A stretch of 43,510 nt of DNA from contig NC_068981.1 of NCBI RefSeq assembly GCF_001194135.2, forward strand, positions 88,124,002 to 88,167,511. The letters run 5' to 3'. The position numbers and the translations under genes were made by a program. Under the pieces are notes generated by a model that did not search any database, was not told the origin of the DNA, and saw only the letters and a list, made by a program, of their open reading frames with translations. The stretch comes from Octopus bimaculoides (Eukaryota). Below, one piece after another: positions 9,519-21,387 of the stretch (its first letter is position 1; every line of letters begins with the position of its first letter).

Positions 9519-9734
9519 CCCTTTAGCATTTAAACCAGTCATATCTGGCCCAAATATTCTGTTTCATGTTCAGATTGGCCACATTTGGCCTCTTACACCT
9601 ATCTTGCAATGTCATTCTAAAAATAAACAGTCAGATCATTGAAATTTCGAGGGTATGAGATAATGAATGATTCATTTAAAACAAAGTGAATGAATAAGTA
9701 TTACATTTGACTGAGTAGTCTGAATGCTAAAGTG
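9519..9734. mobile_element. piggyBac-like MITE
   Basis: TTAA|CCCTTTAGCATT...AATGCTAAAGTG (TIR). The same family has intact GGG|TTAA ends at 19181-19188. Confidence 0.8.
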
Positions 9735-10609
9735 TATATAAAGAAATAATTTTCCAAAAAGATTAATTTAAAACTTGATACTTTTCTTGGGGAAATATAT
9801 CAAGATTTTCATTTGTTGTATATATATATGTGTTACTGTCCTTAAAGATTTCGTTTTTTTTTTTTTTTGTCTTCTTGACCCATAAGGTGCAAGTCACTGA
9901 TTTATACCTTTCAAATGACTGCCATTTCAAACCTAAGTGTCTTCTTCATAGGCTGTTGCCAGTTTATTTATTTATTTATTTTCCATTTATTGTATCATTT
10001 GTTCATCACTGTACAGACTGAAGATTAAAATTGAGTATAAACTTATTGAAACATGATCAAGTGATTTCTACAATGTTGACTTCACAGCAGATGCACATTT
10101 ACAGTCTTTACTGGCAAAGGTCACAGGTTATATTCAAATTTGCATTTTGTTTCACTTAGGGTGCAAACATGATTTCATTCACTATTTTGCTCTGCAATTA
10201 TAATATATCTGACTAAAAAACTTCTTTTTCCATGCATTGGAACATGGCCTGTCACTATGATCTCCATGTATGACGGCATGAAATGAAACTAAGAAATGAT
10301 CAGTATCATACATGAGGGATAATTTTTGTTTTGTAGAATTTCATTGCCCATAATGAGGGATGCACATTATACATAAGTGCTTATTATACATGAATAATTA
10401 CAATTTTAAGAATTAAAGTGTTAATATCATTGATAAAAAAATACTTATCAAAAAGAAACCAATATTGTAACAGTTAAAAAGAAATTTGCTTCTTTTAACA
10501 GTGGTATAATGTAGGAGCTTTATTTACACAACAGTTTCTCATGATTTATTTTCTGTAGAGATATCTATATACTTTTATGCTCAGTAGATGCGATCAATAT
10601 GTGTATCTA

Positions 10610-10642
<33 letters not shown>

Positions 10643-10832
10643 TATTTAATGTCCATTGTTCATACTAGTATGGGTTGGACGGTTTGACCAGAGCTAGCAA
10701 GCTGGTGAGCAGCACCAGCTTCCATTCTGATTTGGCATGGTTTCTATGGCTGGGTGCCCTTCCTATTGCCAACCACTTGACAGAGTGTATTGGGTGCTTT
10801 TACATGGCACTGCATGAACACTTTTACGTGGC
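10610..10832 (-). mobile_element. Family C repeat
   Basis: (CAT)n followed by TTTAATGTCC...GGGTGCCCTTCCTATTGCCAACCACT...GGGTGCTTTTACATGGCAC. Confidence 0.8.
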
Positions 10833-11837
10833 ATCTACACAGCATAAATCTTACAGGTTAAAGTCAGAACATTTACATTGTGGACAACCTAGCCCTTTAT
10901 TTATGATATTTTGGTTAAAATGCACTACCTTTATTTTGATTAATTTCATAAATAATTAAAGATTTAGTAAAGTAACTGTCATTATTAAGCTGGTGTTAGG
11001 AACATAGATTAACATGGAATTTTGATGGGAAGTTTTAATTTAGATCATATTAAAACAATGTTTATATTATGGAATCAGAGGCAGTTTCAGGTGGGTTGGT
11101 ATAAAAAAATTTTTTTAAGGAATTTTTTGTGTTGTTATGAGGCCACAGGCACAGTTGATTGAATTGATTCCAATACGTAACTATATTTCTTGAAATTGAA
11201 CTTAAGGAAAATATAATTATATTCCATGCTTTTGTATCACTCTGTTGCCTTTCAAATATTTCATCATTTTACTATTTGAAGGGTGAGTGTTTAGAATTTC
11301 ATTCAGTCAATTACTTAATGTATGGATTTACTTTTCCCCACTGGTTCCAGCCATTGGAGTGTCTTGTAGGCTTTTTAGTCAATCATCAATACTGATATCA
11401 GTTTAGTACATATTTTATCGATTTCTATCTATTGAAAAGCCAAATTACCTTTTTTGACATAATGAGGCTCAACACGAGACAGGTGTGCGTGCACACGTTT
11501 GTATACGAAAGCCTTGAGTATAATTCCTATCTACCCAATTTTCAGTAACAATCCGTAGAAAACAGTAAAATACACTTGTTTAAGATGCTATGCAGTGGTA
11601 ATCTTTGGTGAATAAAAGAGAATAATATATTTTCAAGTCTATATTTATATGCAATCAACTTACCTCTTCTCCCGAAATTGCTGGCCTTGTGCCAAATTTT
11701 AAAATCTATATTTATATGAAAGAGTTGTTTCCCTTAGCTTTTCTTCATTACAAAACATTTTTGAAGTTTCTTACAACAGAGTTATCTCCCTTAGTTCTTT
11801 AAACTATCCTGAGACATTTTACTTAATTGCGTGGATA

Positions 11838-12045
11838 ATATTGATTTGAAATTTTGGCACTAGGCCAGCATGTTCGGGTGTTGGAGGTAAGTCAATTACG
11901 TCGACCCCATTGTTCAACTGGGACTTATTTTAATGACCCCGAAAGGATGAAAGGCAAAGTCAACATCGGCGGAATTTGAAATCAGAACATAAAAATGGAC
12001 AAGCATTTTGCCTGGTGTACTAAAGATTCTGCCAGCTTTCCGCCT
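11838..12045 (-). mobile_element. Family A SINE
   Basis: GACCCCGAAAGGATGAAAGGCAAAGTCAACATCGGCGGAATTTGAA...GCCAGCTTTCCGCCT. Confidence 0.85.
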
Positions 12046-12577
12046 AATTGCATGGATAATTTTGACCGTATTATATATGTGAGAGAGACCTACTATATTT
12101 TTGGAAAGGTTAATTTGATATGTGTTGAGTTAACCAAACTTACAAGTTTGCATCTATATGTAGTGTTGTATCTTATACAGTCCAGTATTGGGATCTGATT
12201 TAAAAGCATTTTGGTTTGCTATTTTTAGCAGGTAAAGCTTGACTGATTCATGCCATCATGGTTGGCGTTTGTCAGATGGCGTCAGAGATCAAGAGGGAGA
12301 TAAATGATATTCACTTTGTTAATTTTACATCAAGAACTTTAGGACAAATTGGCCAACAGTTGGAATTCAACTTGGGACTGGAACAATAGAATGATTGCAT
12401 TACAGAATTAATTCTCATCCGTCATTAACCTCTAATCAAACACTACCATGGCATATACTCATTATAGATGGATTAGAGTCATGCTCTTTAGTTCTTGTTA
12501 GTTTTGGGCCACAGGTCCAATTAGCCCTCCACAGGAGCTAGCTCAAAAGTCCACACAGAGTGTGGCTTTTAAGCTAG

Positions 12578-12750
12578 TATCTGTCTGCCTGTCTATCTAT
12601 CTATCTATCTATCTATCTACTTACCTACATACATACTTACATAATACCTACATACATACATACCTACATAATACCTACATACATACATACATACATACCT
12701 ACCTACCTACCTACCTACATACATACATACATACCTGCCTGCCTGTCTGC
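12578..12750. repeat. Compound tetranucleotide microsatellite (CTAT/CTAC/ATAC/CCTG)n
   Basis: Directly visible. Confidence 0.95.
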
Positions 12751-13186
12751 CAACCCGTCCTCCACCCCCTACACACATACAACTCTTTCTGTCTTAGTCA
12801 ATACAGTTGATTACCGAAGGAATAATGGCTTACATTTTTGAATAGTGTTATAACTGTCTCTCAAATATGCTAGCTAACTTACATCTTTATGACTGTCCCT
12901 TATATAATTATGTCATTTAAAAAAAAGAAATGTTTTGTTATTATTTCATTCTTTGTTTTTAATTCTTGAGTTATTCAAATGTTTCAAGCATAGAATTATT
13001 GGAATTTTATTAACCATTCAATATAAATTTTGAAACAAAGTATAAATGTTTGAAATATAGGAAATTTGGGTAAATTCTGGTTCTTACAGTAATATACACT
13101 TACCTTTTTCAACTGCTGTGTGATTCATTAGCTTTTAGGGTTCATTTACCAATGAATCAATTAATTAATTTTTATTTAGCTTACAT

Positions 13187-13396
13187 ATCTTTTATCTTTT
13201 GCCCGTTTCAGTCATTGGACTGCAGCTATGTTGAGCTACTGTTTTGAAGGGTTCAGTCAAACAAATTGACTCCAGTATTTAATTTTTTTTAAAGCCTGTG
13301 ACTTATTCTGTTGGTCTGTTTTTTTGTCAAGCCAATAAGTTTTGGGGATATAAACAAATCAACACTGATTGTTAGTTAGTGGTGGGGAACAAACAC

Positions 13397-13455
<59 letters not shown>

Positions 13456-13592
13456 CAAGCTTCTTTCAGTTTCTGTCTACCAAATCTACTCACAAGGCTT
13501 TGGCTGGCCTGAGGCTATAGTAGAAGACACTTGCTCAAGGTACTACCCAAGACCATATGGTTGGGAAGCAAGTTTCTTACCCACACAGCCAT
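13187..13592 (-). mobile_element. Family B SINE, near full-length, with internal (CA)n at 13396-13452
   Basis: Tail ATCTTTTATCTTTT...TTTCAGTCATTGGACTG; body AAACAAATCAACAC...GACAAAC; head GCTATAGTAGAAGACACTTGC...CTTACCCACACAGCC. Confidence 0.85.
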
Positions 13593-14164
13593 GTCTGGGA
13601 GACAATATAATTTACTTGGTGGGCTTTTTTGCAATAAATTATATTCATTGGTGGTTTTGAAAATGACTCAACAAAATGTAATGTAAGTATATTTAAAAAT
13701 TAAGGTCCACTATCAGTAACACTTTCAATCTGTGCATATTACAATCATTCCTCAGTACCCCACATTCAGATCAGAGCTTAGCTTTAAAAAGCTGTTATTA
13801 AGAGACGAGGGCTTTGAAAAGCCAAAATATTGAAATACAAAAATAAATCTTTGTTTTTTATTTATTTTTTGACTTTGCTGTTTTATTTTCAATTTGCATT
13901 GCTGTGGCCTTCTCAAATACATTTAATTTTAAGAGAGTATTGTAGTTCGTTTGAAACATTGTGTATTGTTTGTAAAGAATAAAAAATTTTGAATGGTACA
14001 ACAATGCACTATAATTTAAAAAATGGACTATATATTTGTTGTAATTTAGCTATCTATAGTCCGATGATATTTCGGAATACAATTCCTTCTTCAGATCTTC
14101 TTAGATGGAGTCTATGCTATTTAATTTTATTTCACAATGCATCTTATAAACTATATTTCTTTAA

Positions 14165-14373
14165 TCCTTTAGCATTTAAACCTGCCATATCCAACCAAAA
14201 TATTCTACCTGTTTTATGTTCAAACTGACTGGATCCAGCCTCTCACACCAACCCTACAATATCATTCTAAAAATTAACAGTCACCACATGAAAATCTTAG
14301 TGCTGCTATATATTGCAAGACAGTGTGAATAAACAAGCATTACTTCTAACAGAATAATGTGAACACTGAAGAG
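14165..14373. mobile_element. piggyBac-like MITE
   Basis: TTAA|TCCTTTAGCATTTAAACC...CACTGAAGAG|TTAA; same family as 9519-9734. Confidence 0.75.
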
Positions 14374-14462
14374 TTAATTCCCAAAGCCTTTTAACCCTTT
14401 ACCCATTGTGTGTATTACATATGATATACAGGACATATTTGCCTATCATCCCTAGCTTCATA

Positions 14463-14647
14463 TATGAACAGGTGCTGAAATTTCCCTGGCTTTAAGGGTA
14501 TTGTGAAAGGTCTTTTACAGGGCTTAGAAAAACTGAAGGACCATTGTGATAATTTGAGAGGAGAATATGTTGAATAAAATCATAATTAATTGAGTCTCCT
14601 GTATTTTCTTTTACCCAAAGCCAGGAACTTTTCAGTATCCCCTCATA
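14463..14647 (+). mobile_element. Mariner-derived MITE retaining the last transposase codons
   Basis: TIRs TATGAACAGGTGCTGAAATTTCCCTGGCTTT and AAAGCCAGGAACTTTTCAGTATCCCCTCATA with TA ends. Internal frame LLQGLEKLKDHCDNLRGEYVE* resembles mariner transposase C-termini (..KC..LRGEYVE). Confidence 0.75.
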
Positions 14648-15282
14648 TGATACACATTCCCAATTTTTCTCAACCACTAGAGTAAGTTTGGACTTATGAA
14701 AGGAAAGCTTTATATTACTCAGAACATGCGAAACAAGGGCTAACTTATAGTTTGAAAACAAGCACGGACATTTAAAACAAACTTATGAAAATGTTTTGTA
14801 CAGGCAAATGGCTAAAGCTCTGTGCTGTATCTTTGTTTAATGTTGCTAATTTGATGAGAGATAACTCTTATTTTGTACTGAATGCTGAGGTGTCTTAGGT
14901 GGTCTATCCCAGGTAATATCCCATTACCTGAGATAGACCAAGTTGATTTTGTAAGAACCTCAACAGAATATGTGTGCAGGAGGTGTCTGCTTAACCAAGA
15001 TGTTAGTGGTAGAGCTTAGAGGCAGAATTAATAACCAGAAGATCATTATCTTAGAGACAATAAAATGCAAGATATTGACTTTGTTATCACAAAGCTTTCA
15101 AGGGTCAATAATCACTGAGGTGTGATGTCAGATAGAAGCCCTCTAATTAATTTGACTTTACTCTTTTACTTGTTTCAGTCATTTGACTGTGGCCATGTGA
15201 AAAATGTATTGGAGATTACTTGGAGGAGCAAAAGATTTTTAAAAAGTGATTGTTTCTGATTATTACCACGTCTTTTAAAATA

Positions 15283-15498
15283 ATGATTCCAAATTTTGGC
15301 ACAAGGCCAGCAATTTTTGGGGAAGGGGGCAAGCTGATTACATCGATCCCAGTACTCAACTGGTACTTATTTTATTGACCCCAAAAGGATTAAAGGCAAA
15401 GTCAACCTTGGCGGAATTTGAACTCAGAACATGAAGATGGATGAAATACTGTTAAGCATTTTGCCTAGTGTGTTAACAATTCTGCCAGCTTGCTGTCT
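15283..15498 (-). mobile_element. Family A SINE
   Basis: AAATTTTGGCACAAGGCCAGC...GGCAAAGTCAACCTTGGCGGAATTTGAACTCAG...GCCAGCTTGCTG. Confidence 0.85.
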
Positions 15499-15699
15499 TA
15501 TATATTTTAAGATATTAAAAGTGAGAGTAGTAGGCCTGCTTATTTGCTAATGTTACAAATATTAATTTGTTCAAAGAGATGATTTTCATTTTTTTGCCTG
15601 CTTCCAGATCTATAGTGACGACCCAAGAAACAGGCCCAAATCATGAACATACTGATTTGTAGATGGTTTAGAACTCTTCTGGTCTTGTTGCTTTGTTGA

Positions 15700-16800
15700 A
15701 CTTTTGTGGTCAAAGAAGTTGTTGTTGTTTAGTCCAGATCAGCTTTGATCTGGCAAATCTATGACTAAAAGCATTCCAACCATGATAGTTCCATATTTTT
15801 TTCCACATACAGAGTATGCTATATTTGGTGTCTGTGTACCATTGGTAGGTGAGGAGAGTGAGATTGGAAAGGGAAGTCTTGCAGGAGATTTTTTGCTGTA
15901 TGTAGATTGCAATAAGATTTGCAGTAAATTTAGCAGCATTATTTGCAAGACTGCTGCTTACAAAACCTTCTGAATAGATTTGAGTATTGTCTAAAGTTTG
16001 TTGAGATGAGTTTAGCAAGAAATCTGAATGTATGGTAGCTTATAGATCTAGAACATCATAACAGTGTATTTTACTATCTTGGATGGTCTTCTTATAGCAG
16101 TTACATTAGTAAAACAATATCTCTTGCCAGGTTATTCATTTCAGATGTTATAAGTTGTGGTTTGGGTCTGTACAGCTGCAGTACATCTTGTGAATCCTTT
16201 TGGAGTGGATATCTCACAAGATTTGGTGCAGTTGGATGAACTGTGGGGTGATATGCCTTGTCTCTTATGTTCTCATTTGGGTAAGCTCAGACAAATCATA
16301 AGTGAAGCATATTTGCTGCTATGAATGCTCATGGAATTATCAAGGATCTGACCATAGAGTGTGTAGAATTGTAGCTATTGTGTAATATTTCAATACAAAG
16401 GGAGATGTAATAATTGATTGAAAGATCAATGCCACATTGTGCAGTGATCAGGAGATTCAAGATCATGCAGACACTCAAATTTCCAAGAGAAACTACAATT
16501 AACTTGTCTTACTGTGTGTAGTACCAGTAATTCATTGAGACATGTCATAATCAAATGGGATATCTGCTGTTGTATTTGCTTGCTTTTGTTTTCTTTGGCA
16601 CATATCTGTGACCTGGTGTTGTAGTAGATGGGTATTTTCCACTTCTGTATGATATTGCAACAATTACAGTTTAGTGCCTTTCAAAAGACAACATAATAGG
16701 CAGCTACCAAATACAATTTCATAAGCCATCATTCAAAATACAATCTTCCTGTTTTGTAGTGTCTAATTAATTTATGGGTCCATTCTACTCTTCCAATGCC
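15700..16800 (-). pseudogene. Possibly a heavily decayed non-LTR reverse transcriptase remnant
   Basis: Fragmentary frames loosely echo LINE RT motifs in order (PQLITSEM resembling PDGITAEM; RSISYHTFRFLAKLI resembling RPISL...KILAKI; EGFVSSSLANNAAKF resembling QxGF...D..F; CMWKKIWNYHG resembling LW..L...G). Many stops. Confidence 0.3.
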
Positions 16801-17029
16801 AGCTGTTAAATGCTACTTAGCTGATTTTCTGATTAACATGTGGAAAACATTTTTGTAGACTTGTAAAATTATTTTGCTATGCTAACTCATTTGGAATTAC
16901 ATAAGAATAATATTCTCTTAAACTAAATAAATTTCAACATTAATTCTCTTGATAATATTCTTCATACAATATTTAAGAATTTTTACTTGCCTTCCTATTT
17001 ACATAGATAACCCAAGTGGAAATGGCTGC

Positions 17030-17292
17030 AACTGCTACCATCATTATTACAACCCTCTCCCTCCCCACCATCACCACTGCCACTGCTACTACCACTACTG
17101 TCATCATTATCATTTCAACCACTACCATCATCATCATCATCATTATTACTACTGCCACTGACAAGAGTCCTCTCTTCTCTCCCCCCCCCCACCTCACTGC
17201 AGGCATAGCTACCATCTCTGCCACCAACTTCAGTATCACAACCATTAGCTACCACCACCACCACCACCATCATCATCATCATTATCATCACC
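17030..17292. repeat. Degenerate (CAC/CAT/CTA)n trinucleotide tract
   Basis: Directly visible; it accounts for the 192-aa ORF call. Confidence 0.9.
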
Positions 17293-17625
17293 AGTTTAAC
17301 ATTTATTTTCACCAAGTTGTATCAGAGTGGATGCTTAATAGCTTGACTGGTTCTATTTTGTTTGAATTCTTTAATTTTTTTTTTGCATCATGGGTAAGGA
17401 GAACACTTTCCACCAAGATGTGTACTATTTGCTTGAGTGTTTTCTACAAACATGCCTTACATACCTCTGATTTAATGATTGTGATGGATAATATGATAAA
17501 TAAATTTCACCAAGAACAACCTATTAGCATTCTACAACTGGTTTTTTCACAACTCTTTAACCCTTTACCATTCAGATTATTTTGTCAAATGTAATGCATA
17601 TTTATTAACATTATTTTTAATTAAT

Positions 17626-17840
17626 AAGGCGGTGAGTTGGCAGAAACGTTAGCACGCTGGGCAAAATGCTTAGCAGTATTTCGTCTGTCTTTACGTTCTG
17701 AGTTCAAATTCTGCCGAGGTCGACTTTGCCTTTCGTCCTTTCAGGGTCGATAAATTAAGTACCAGTTGCATACTGAAGTTGATCTAATTAACTGGCCCTC
17801 TCCCCCAAAATTTTGGACCTTGTGCCTAGAGTAGAAAAGA
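17626..17840 (+). mobile_element. Family A SINE with a 15-bp TSD
   Basis: AAGGCGGTGAGTTGGCAGAAACGTTAGC...GAGTTCAAATTC...GTCGACTTTGCCTTTCGTCCTTTCAGGGTCGATAAA; TSD TTATTTTTAATTAAT at 17611-17625 and 17841-17855. Confidence 0.92.
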
Positions 17841-17895
17841 TTATTTTTAATTAATCACACATTATCTTGTAGCTTTGAGATTTCAATGATGTGAC

Positions 17896-18090
17896 TTTTA
17901 TATTCTTTTATTTGTTTCAGTCATTAGACTGTGGCCATGTTGGAGAATCACCTTAAAGGATCTTAGTCAAATGAATTGACCCCAGTGCTTTTTTAAAATT
18001 ATTTTTAAAGCCTTTTGCTGAACCACTCAGTTACGGGTACATAAACACATCAACACCAATTGTCAATCAGTGGTGGGGGGTCAAACACTG

Positions 18091-18138
<48 letters not shown>

Positions 18139-18295
18139 GGCTTCTTTCAGCTTCCACCTCCCAAATCCACCTACAAGGCTTTAGTTGGCCCGAGACTATA
18201 GTAGAAGACACTTGCCCAAGGTGCCACACAGTAGGACTGAAACTGGACCCAGTTGTTTCTAGAAGCAAGCTTCTTAGCACACAGCCACTCCTGCA
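17896..18295 (-). mobile_element. Family B SINE, near full-length
   Basis: Same architecture as 13187-13592, with a central (CA)n. Confidence 0.85.
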
Positions 18296-18313
18296 TATAT
18301 ATTTTTATGGAGT

Positions 18314-19070
18314 TGCGTGAGATCTGCAATACTATATGGGAGTGAGCCATGGTGTCTGAGGGAAAGCGAAATGGCAGTTTTGATAAGGACCGAGAGAGCA
18401 ATGCTGAGAGCAATGTATGGTGTGAAACTATTGGATAAAAGGAAGGCTGAGCACTTAATGGGGATGCTGGGGTTGGTGGAATTGGTGGAACAGCTGGCAA
18501 GTGAAAAGCCAAACCAGAGGTATTTAACTGTTAATTAAAAAACTGAAAATTCTTTTCTTCACTGGCAAAAAGGCGGCGAGCTGGCAGAAACGTTAGCAAG
18601 CCGGGCGAAATGTTTAGCGGTATTTCATCTGCTGCTACGTTCTGAGTTCAAATTCTGCCAAGGTCGACTTTGCCTTGCATCCTTTTTGGGGTCGATTAAA
18701 TAAGTACCAGTTACGCACTGGGGTCGATATAATCAACTCAATCTGTTTGTCTGTCCTTGTTTGTTCCTTTTTGTGTAGCCCCTAGTGAGTAGTAAAGAAG
18801 TAAGCTGCCAGGTATGAATGGAGTGTGGTGGTATGGACATGTATTGAGGAAGGATGAGGATCATGTTCTGAGAAGATCACTTGAGTTTAAAGTGAATGAA
18901 CCATGAACGTGAGGTGGACCAAAGAAAACGTAGAGGGGACAAGTGGAGGAGGAGATTGGGAGGGAGAACGTCCAAAACTTGGCGAGATGGTGTGAGAGCG
19001 GTTGCTGTAACAGTGAGGTAAATCTGGCTGCCCCTGTTAATGGGGACAAACCCGGATTTAAAATATTGGA
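18314..19070 (+). pseudogene. RTE-clade LINE 3' fragment interrupted at about 18500-18803
   Basis: VRSAILYGSEPWCLRESEMAVLIRTERAMLRAMYGVKLLD...EQLA, resuming after the insertion as NGVWWYGHVLRKDEDHVLRRSLEF...GGPKKT*RGQVEEE; collinear RTE C-terminus. Confidence 0.9.
18570..18803 (+). mobile_element. Family A SINE (tail variant) inserted in the RTE
   Basis: AAGGCGGCGAGCTGGCAGAAACGTTAGCAAGCCGGGCGAAATG...GTTTGTCTGTCCTTGTTTG...GTAAAGAAGTAA; CpGs retained. Confidence 0.9.
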
Positions 19071-19606
19071 ATTCATTCCTTCATTCATTGTATGGTAGGT
19101 GTGTGACATGCCAGATCTGACCATTCTGAACATAAAACAAGTAAAAAATTTGTGCTGAATATGGCTAGTTTAAATACTAAAGGGTTAAGAGTGTATAAGT
19201 TGTTTTGTGTTGATTAAATTTTGTTTCAGTTTGAGCAGGTTTTTCTGGTTTATATAAAAAGCTAATTTTGCTCAACCATTCATGATTTTGTGTTCAATAA
19301 AATATATTTCAAAGGTGTGATTGGTTAAAGGCTGTCTCTCCTTCCTGCCACTGATGTAAGAAGGCTGAATAGAAAAGGTATTGGGCTACTAACTCCAAGG
19401 GTGGGAGATCAGTTGTACTACAAGCATTTAATTGCATATTTTGGCAGTACAATAAATTCATCACTACTTTCATTTACCATCCTGTTGGAAATTGGTACTG
19501 GTTATCTGGGAATATTATATAAGCTAAACCAGCCTTGTGTTAGGATGCATGTGCCTTGATTAGCTTTTCAAACTAGAGCTAAGCACTCAGATTACTCAGT
19601 CAGATA

Positions 19607-19825
19607 TTCTTTTATTCTTTTACTTGTTTCAGTCATTTGACTGTGGCCATGCTGGAGCACTGCCTTGAAGGGTTTTAGTCAAATAAATTGACCCTGGGAC
19701 CTTTTTTTTTTAATCCTAGTACTTATCCTATCAGGTTCTTTTGCTGAACTGTTAAGTTACAGGGACGTAAACTCACCAACACCAGTTGTCAAGTGGTGAT
19801 GGAGGTGACAAACACAGACACAAAG

Positions 19826-19856
<31 letters not shown>

Positions 19857-20288
19857 TATTTTGTCTTGCAAGTACTTGGTGACCTTGCCAGTGCAGGTGC
19901 CTCTTAAAAGCACCCAATAAACACTGTAAAGCAGTTGGTGTTTGAAAAGGCATCCAGCTGTAAACACCTTACCAAAACAGACCTCACCTGTGCGTGTGCC
20001 GCATAAAAAGCACTATGTCCACTCTGCTGAGTGGTTGGTGTTAAGAAGGGCATCTAACTGTAAAAATCCTGCCAAAACAGTCACAAAAGTCTGGTGCAGG
20101 CTTCTGCCTGGCCAGCTCTTGTGAAACTGTCCCATGGGCTTCTTTCAGTTTCCGTCTACCAAATCAACTCACTTTGGTTGGCCCAAGGCTATAGTTGAAG
20201 ACACTTGCTCAAGGTGTCACACAGTGGGACTGAACTGGAACCATGTAGTTGGGAAGCAAGCTTCTTACCACACAGTTTTGCCTGTGCC
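19607..20288 (-). mobile_element. Family B SINE interrupted by a Family C element (19865-20133)
   Basis: Tail at 19607 and (CA)n at about 19830; the body resumes at about 20134 (ATGGGCTTCTTTCAGTTTCCGTCTACC). Confidence 0.8.
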
Positions 20289-20299
20289 TGTATAATGCT

Positions 20300-20464
20300 T
20301 CTTTATTCACATTGTTTTCAATTAATCATGCATTGTCTTGTAGCTTCAATATTTCGATGATGTGATTGTTTGTTTTAGAATGACACGAGGCTGGATCTGA
20401 TTGGTTAGAGAATAAAATGGGTAGACTGTTTGGGCCTGATGTGGCCAGTTTAAATGCGAAAGAG
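20300..20464. mobile_element. piggyBac-like MITE right half (left end at about 19578-19605)
   Basis: TTCACATTGTTTTCAATTAATCATGCA...AAATGCGAAAGAG|TTAA; left remnant AGCACTCAGATTACTCAGTCAGA lies before the SINE. Confidence 0.65.
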
Positions 20465-20932
20465 TTAAAAGTCCCTTGGGGGTCATGAAATATTTATATT
20501 GTTAAAATGATAACATATCCCTAAATCTGTTATATCATTGTTAATTAATTGATTTTGAATTGCAATAAAATATTCAGCCAGATATAGAAATGAGAAAGTG
20601 TGGCATACTGATATTGTTTCATTTTTTTGAAACAGAAAAATAACACTAATTATTTAATTAATAATAATTAGTATTGTTATATGTGCTGCCATGGATGTTT
20701 GGTTAAGAAGTTTGGATTGGAACCATGTGTTTTGGAGTTCACTCCTATTGTGAGGATGCTGTTGGATGGTGTCCTTTACTGTAGCCATGGCTTGACCAAT
20801 ACCTTGCAAGTACAACTTGTTAGACAAACTGAAAGAAACCTGCCATATACATACATACATACATACATACATACCTACATACCTACATACATACATGCAT
20901 GCATGCATACATACATACATACGTACGTACAT

Positions 20933-20964
<32 letters not shown>

Positions 20965-21128
20965 CATCATCATTTAATGTCTGTTTTCCATGCTGGCAAG
21001 CCAGAAGACAGTGACTGGCAAACCAGAAGACTGCACCAGGCTTCGTTGTCTGTTTTGACATGGTTTTTATGGCTGGATATCCTTCCTGATCCCAACTACA
21101 TTTGAGAGTGGCCTGGGTTCTTTTTACG
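20933..21128 (-). mobile_element. Family C repeat with a (CAT)n tail
   Basis: (CAT)n TTTAATGTCTGTTTTCCATGCTGGC...GGCTGGATATCCTTCCT...TTTTTACGTG. Confidence 0.75.
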
Positions 21129-21138
21129 TGACGTCAGT

Positions 21139-21169
21139 ACACACACACACACACACACACACATACGTG

Positions 21170-21201
<32 letters not shown>

Positions 21202-21280
21202 TACGTGCGCACGCGCACACACACACACACATGNNNNNNNNNNTGACGTCAGTACACACACACACACACACACACACATA

Positions 21281-21313
<33 letters not shown>

Positions 21314-21384
21314 ATACGTGCGCACGCGCGCACACACACACACATGCACACACACATACGTGCGCGCACACACACATACACACA
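21139..21384. repeat. Compound (CA)n/ACGTGCGCG microsatellite spanning a 10-N gap
   Basis: Directly visible. Confidence 0.9.
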
Positions 21385-21387
21385 TAT

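Larger units (their letters stand above)
17561..19184. mobile_element. piggyBac-like MITE split by nested insertions
   Basis: TTAA|CCCTTTACCATTCAGATT (17557) to about 17895, resuming at about 19086 CATTGTATGGTAGGTGTG...AATACTAAAGGG|TTAA (19188). The halves are collinear with the intact copies at 9519 and 14165. Confidence 0.7.

Noticed and set aside
11207-11288. Possible exon ending at the strong donor AAGG|GTGAGT (other isolated candidates at 9884, 22410, 25511, 25922, 26002, 40421, 41150)
   Set aside because: Single splice-like signals are expected by chance in AT-rich DNA; I could not chain them into a recognisable protein.
15739-16500. Penelope RT/GIY-YIG reading (CGKKYG; YGQILDNSMSIH)
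   Set aside because: Motif spacing is incompatible with a PLE RT and no YxDD is present; kept only as a low-confidence LINE-like remnant.
17016-17594. 192-aa + strand ORF (Thr/Ile/His-rich), the longest gap-free ORF
   Set aside because: It is open only because it runs through (CAC/CAT)n repeats; it has no domain and no convincing splice context.
17626-17720. tRNA genes at SINE heads (A/B boxes here and at 18570, 21388, 32632, 39270)
   Set aside because: No complete cloverleaf; each continues into a multicopy SINE body.
21129-21260. Repeat of TGACGTCAGTACACAC on both sides of a 10-N gap
   Set aside because: Most likely unmerged overlapping contig ends, not a biological duplication or a paired CRE site.
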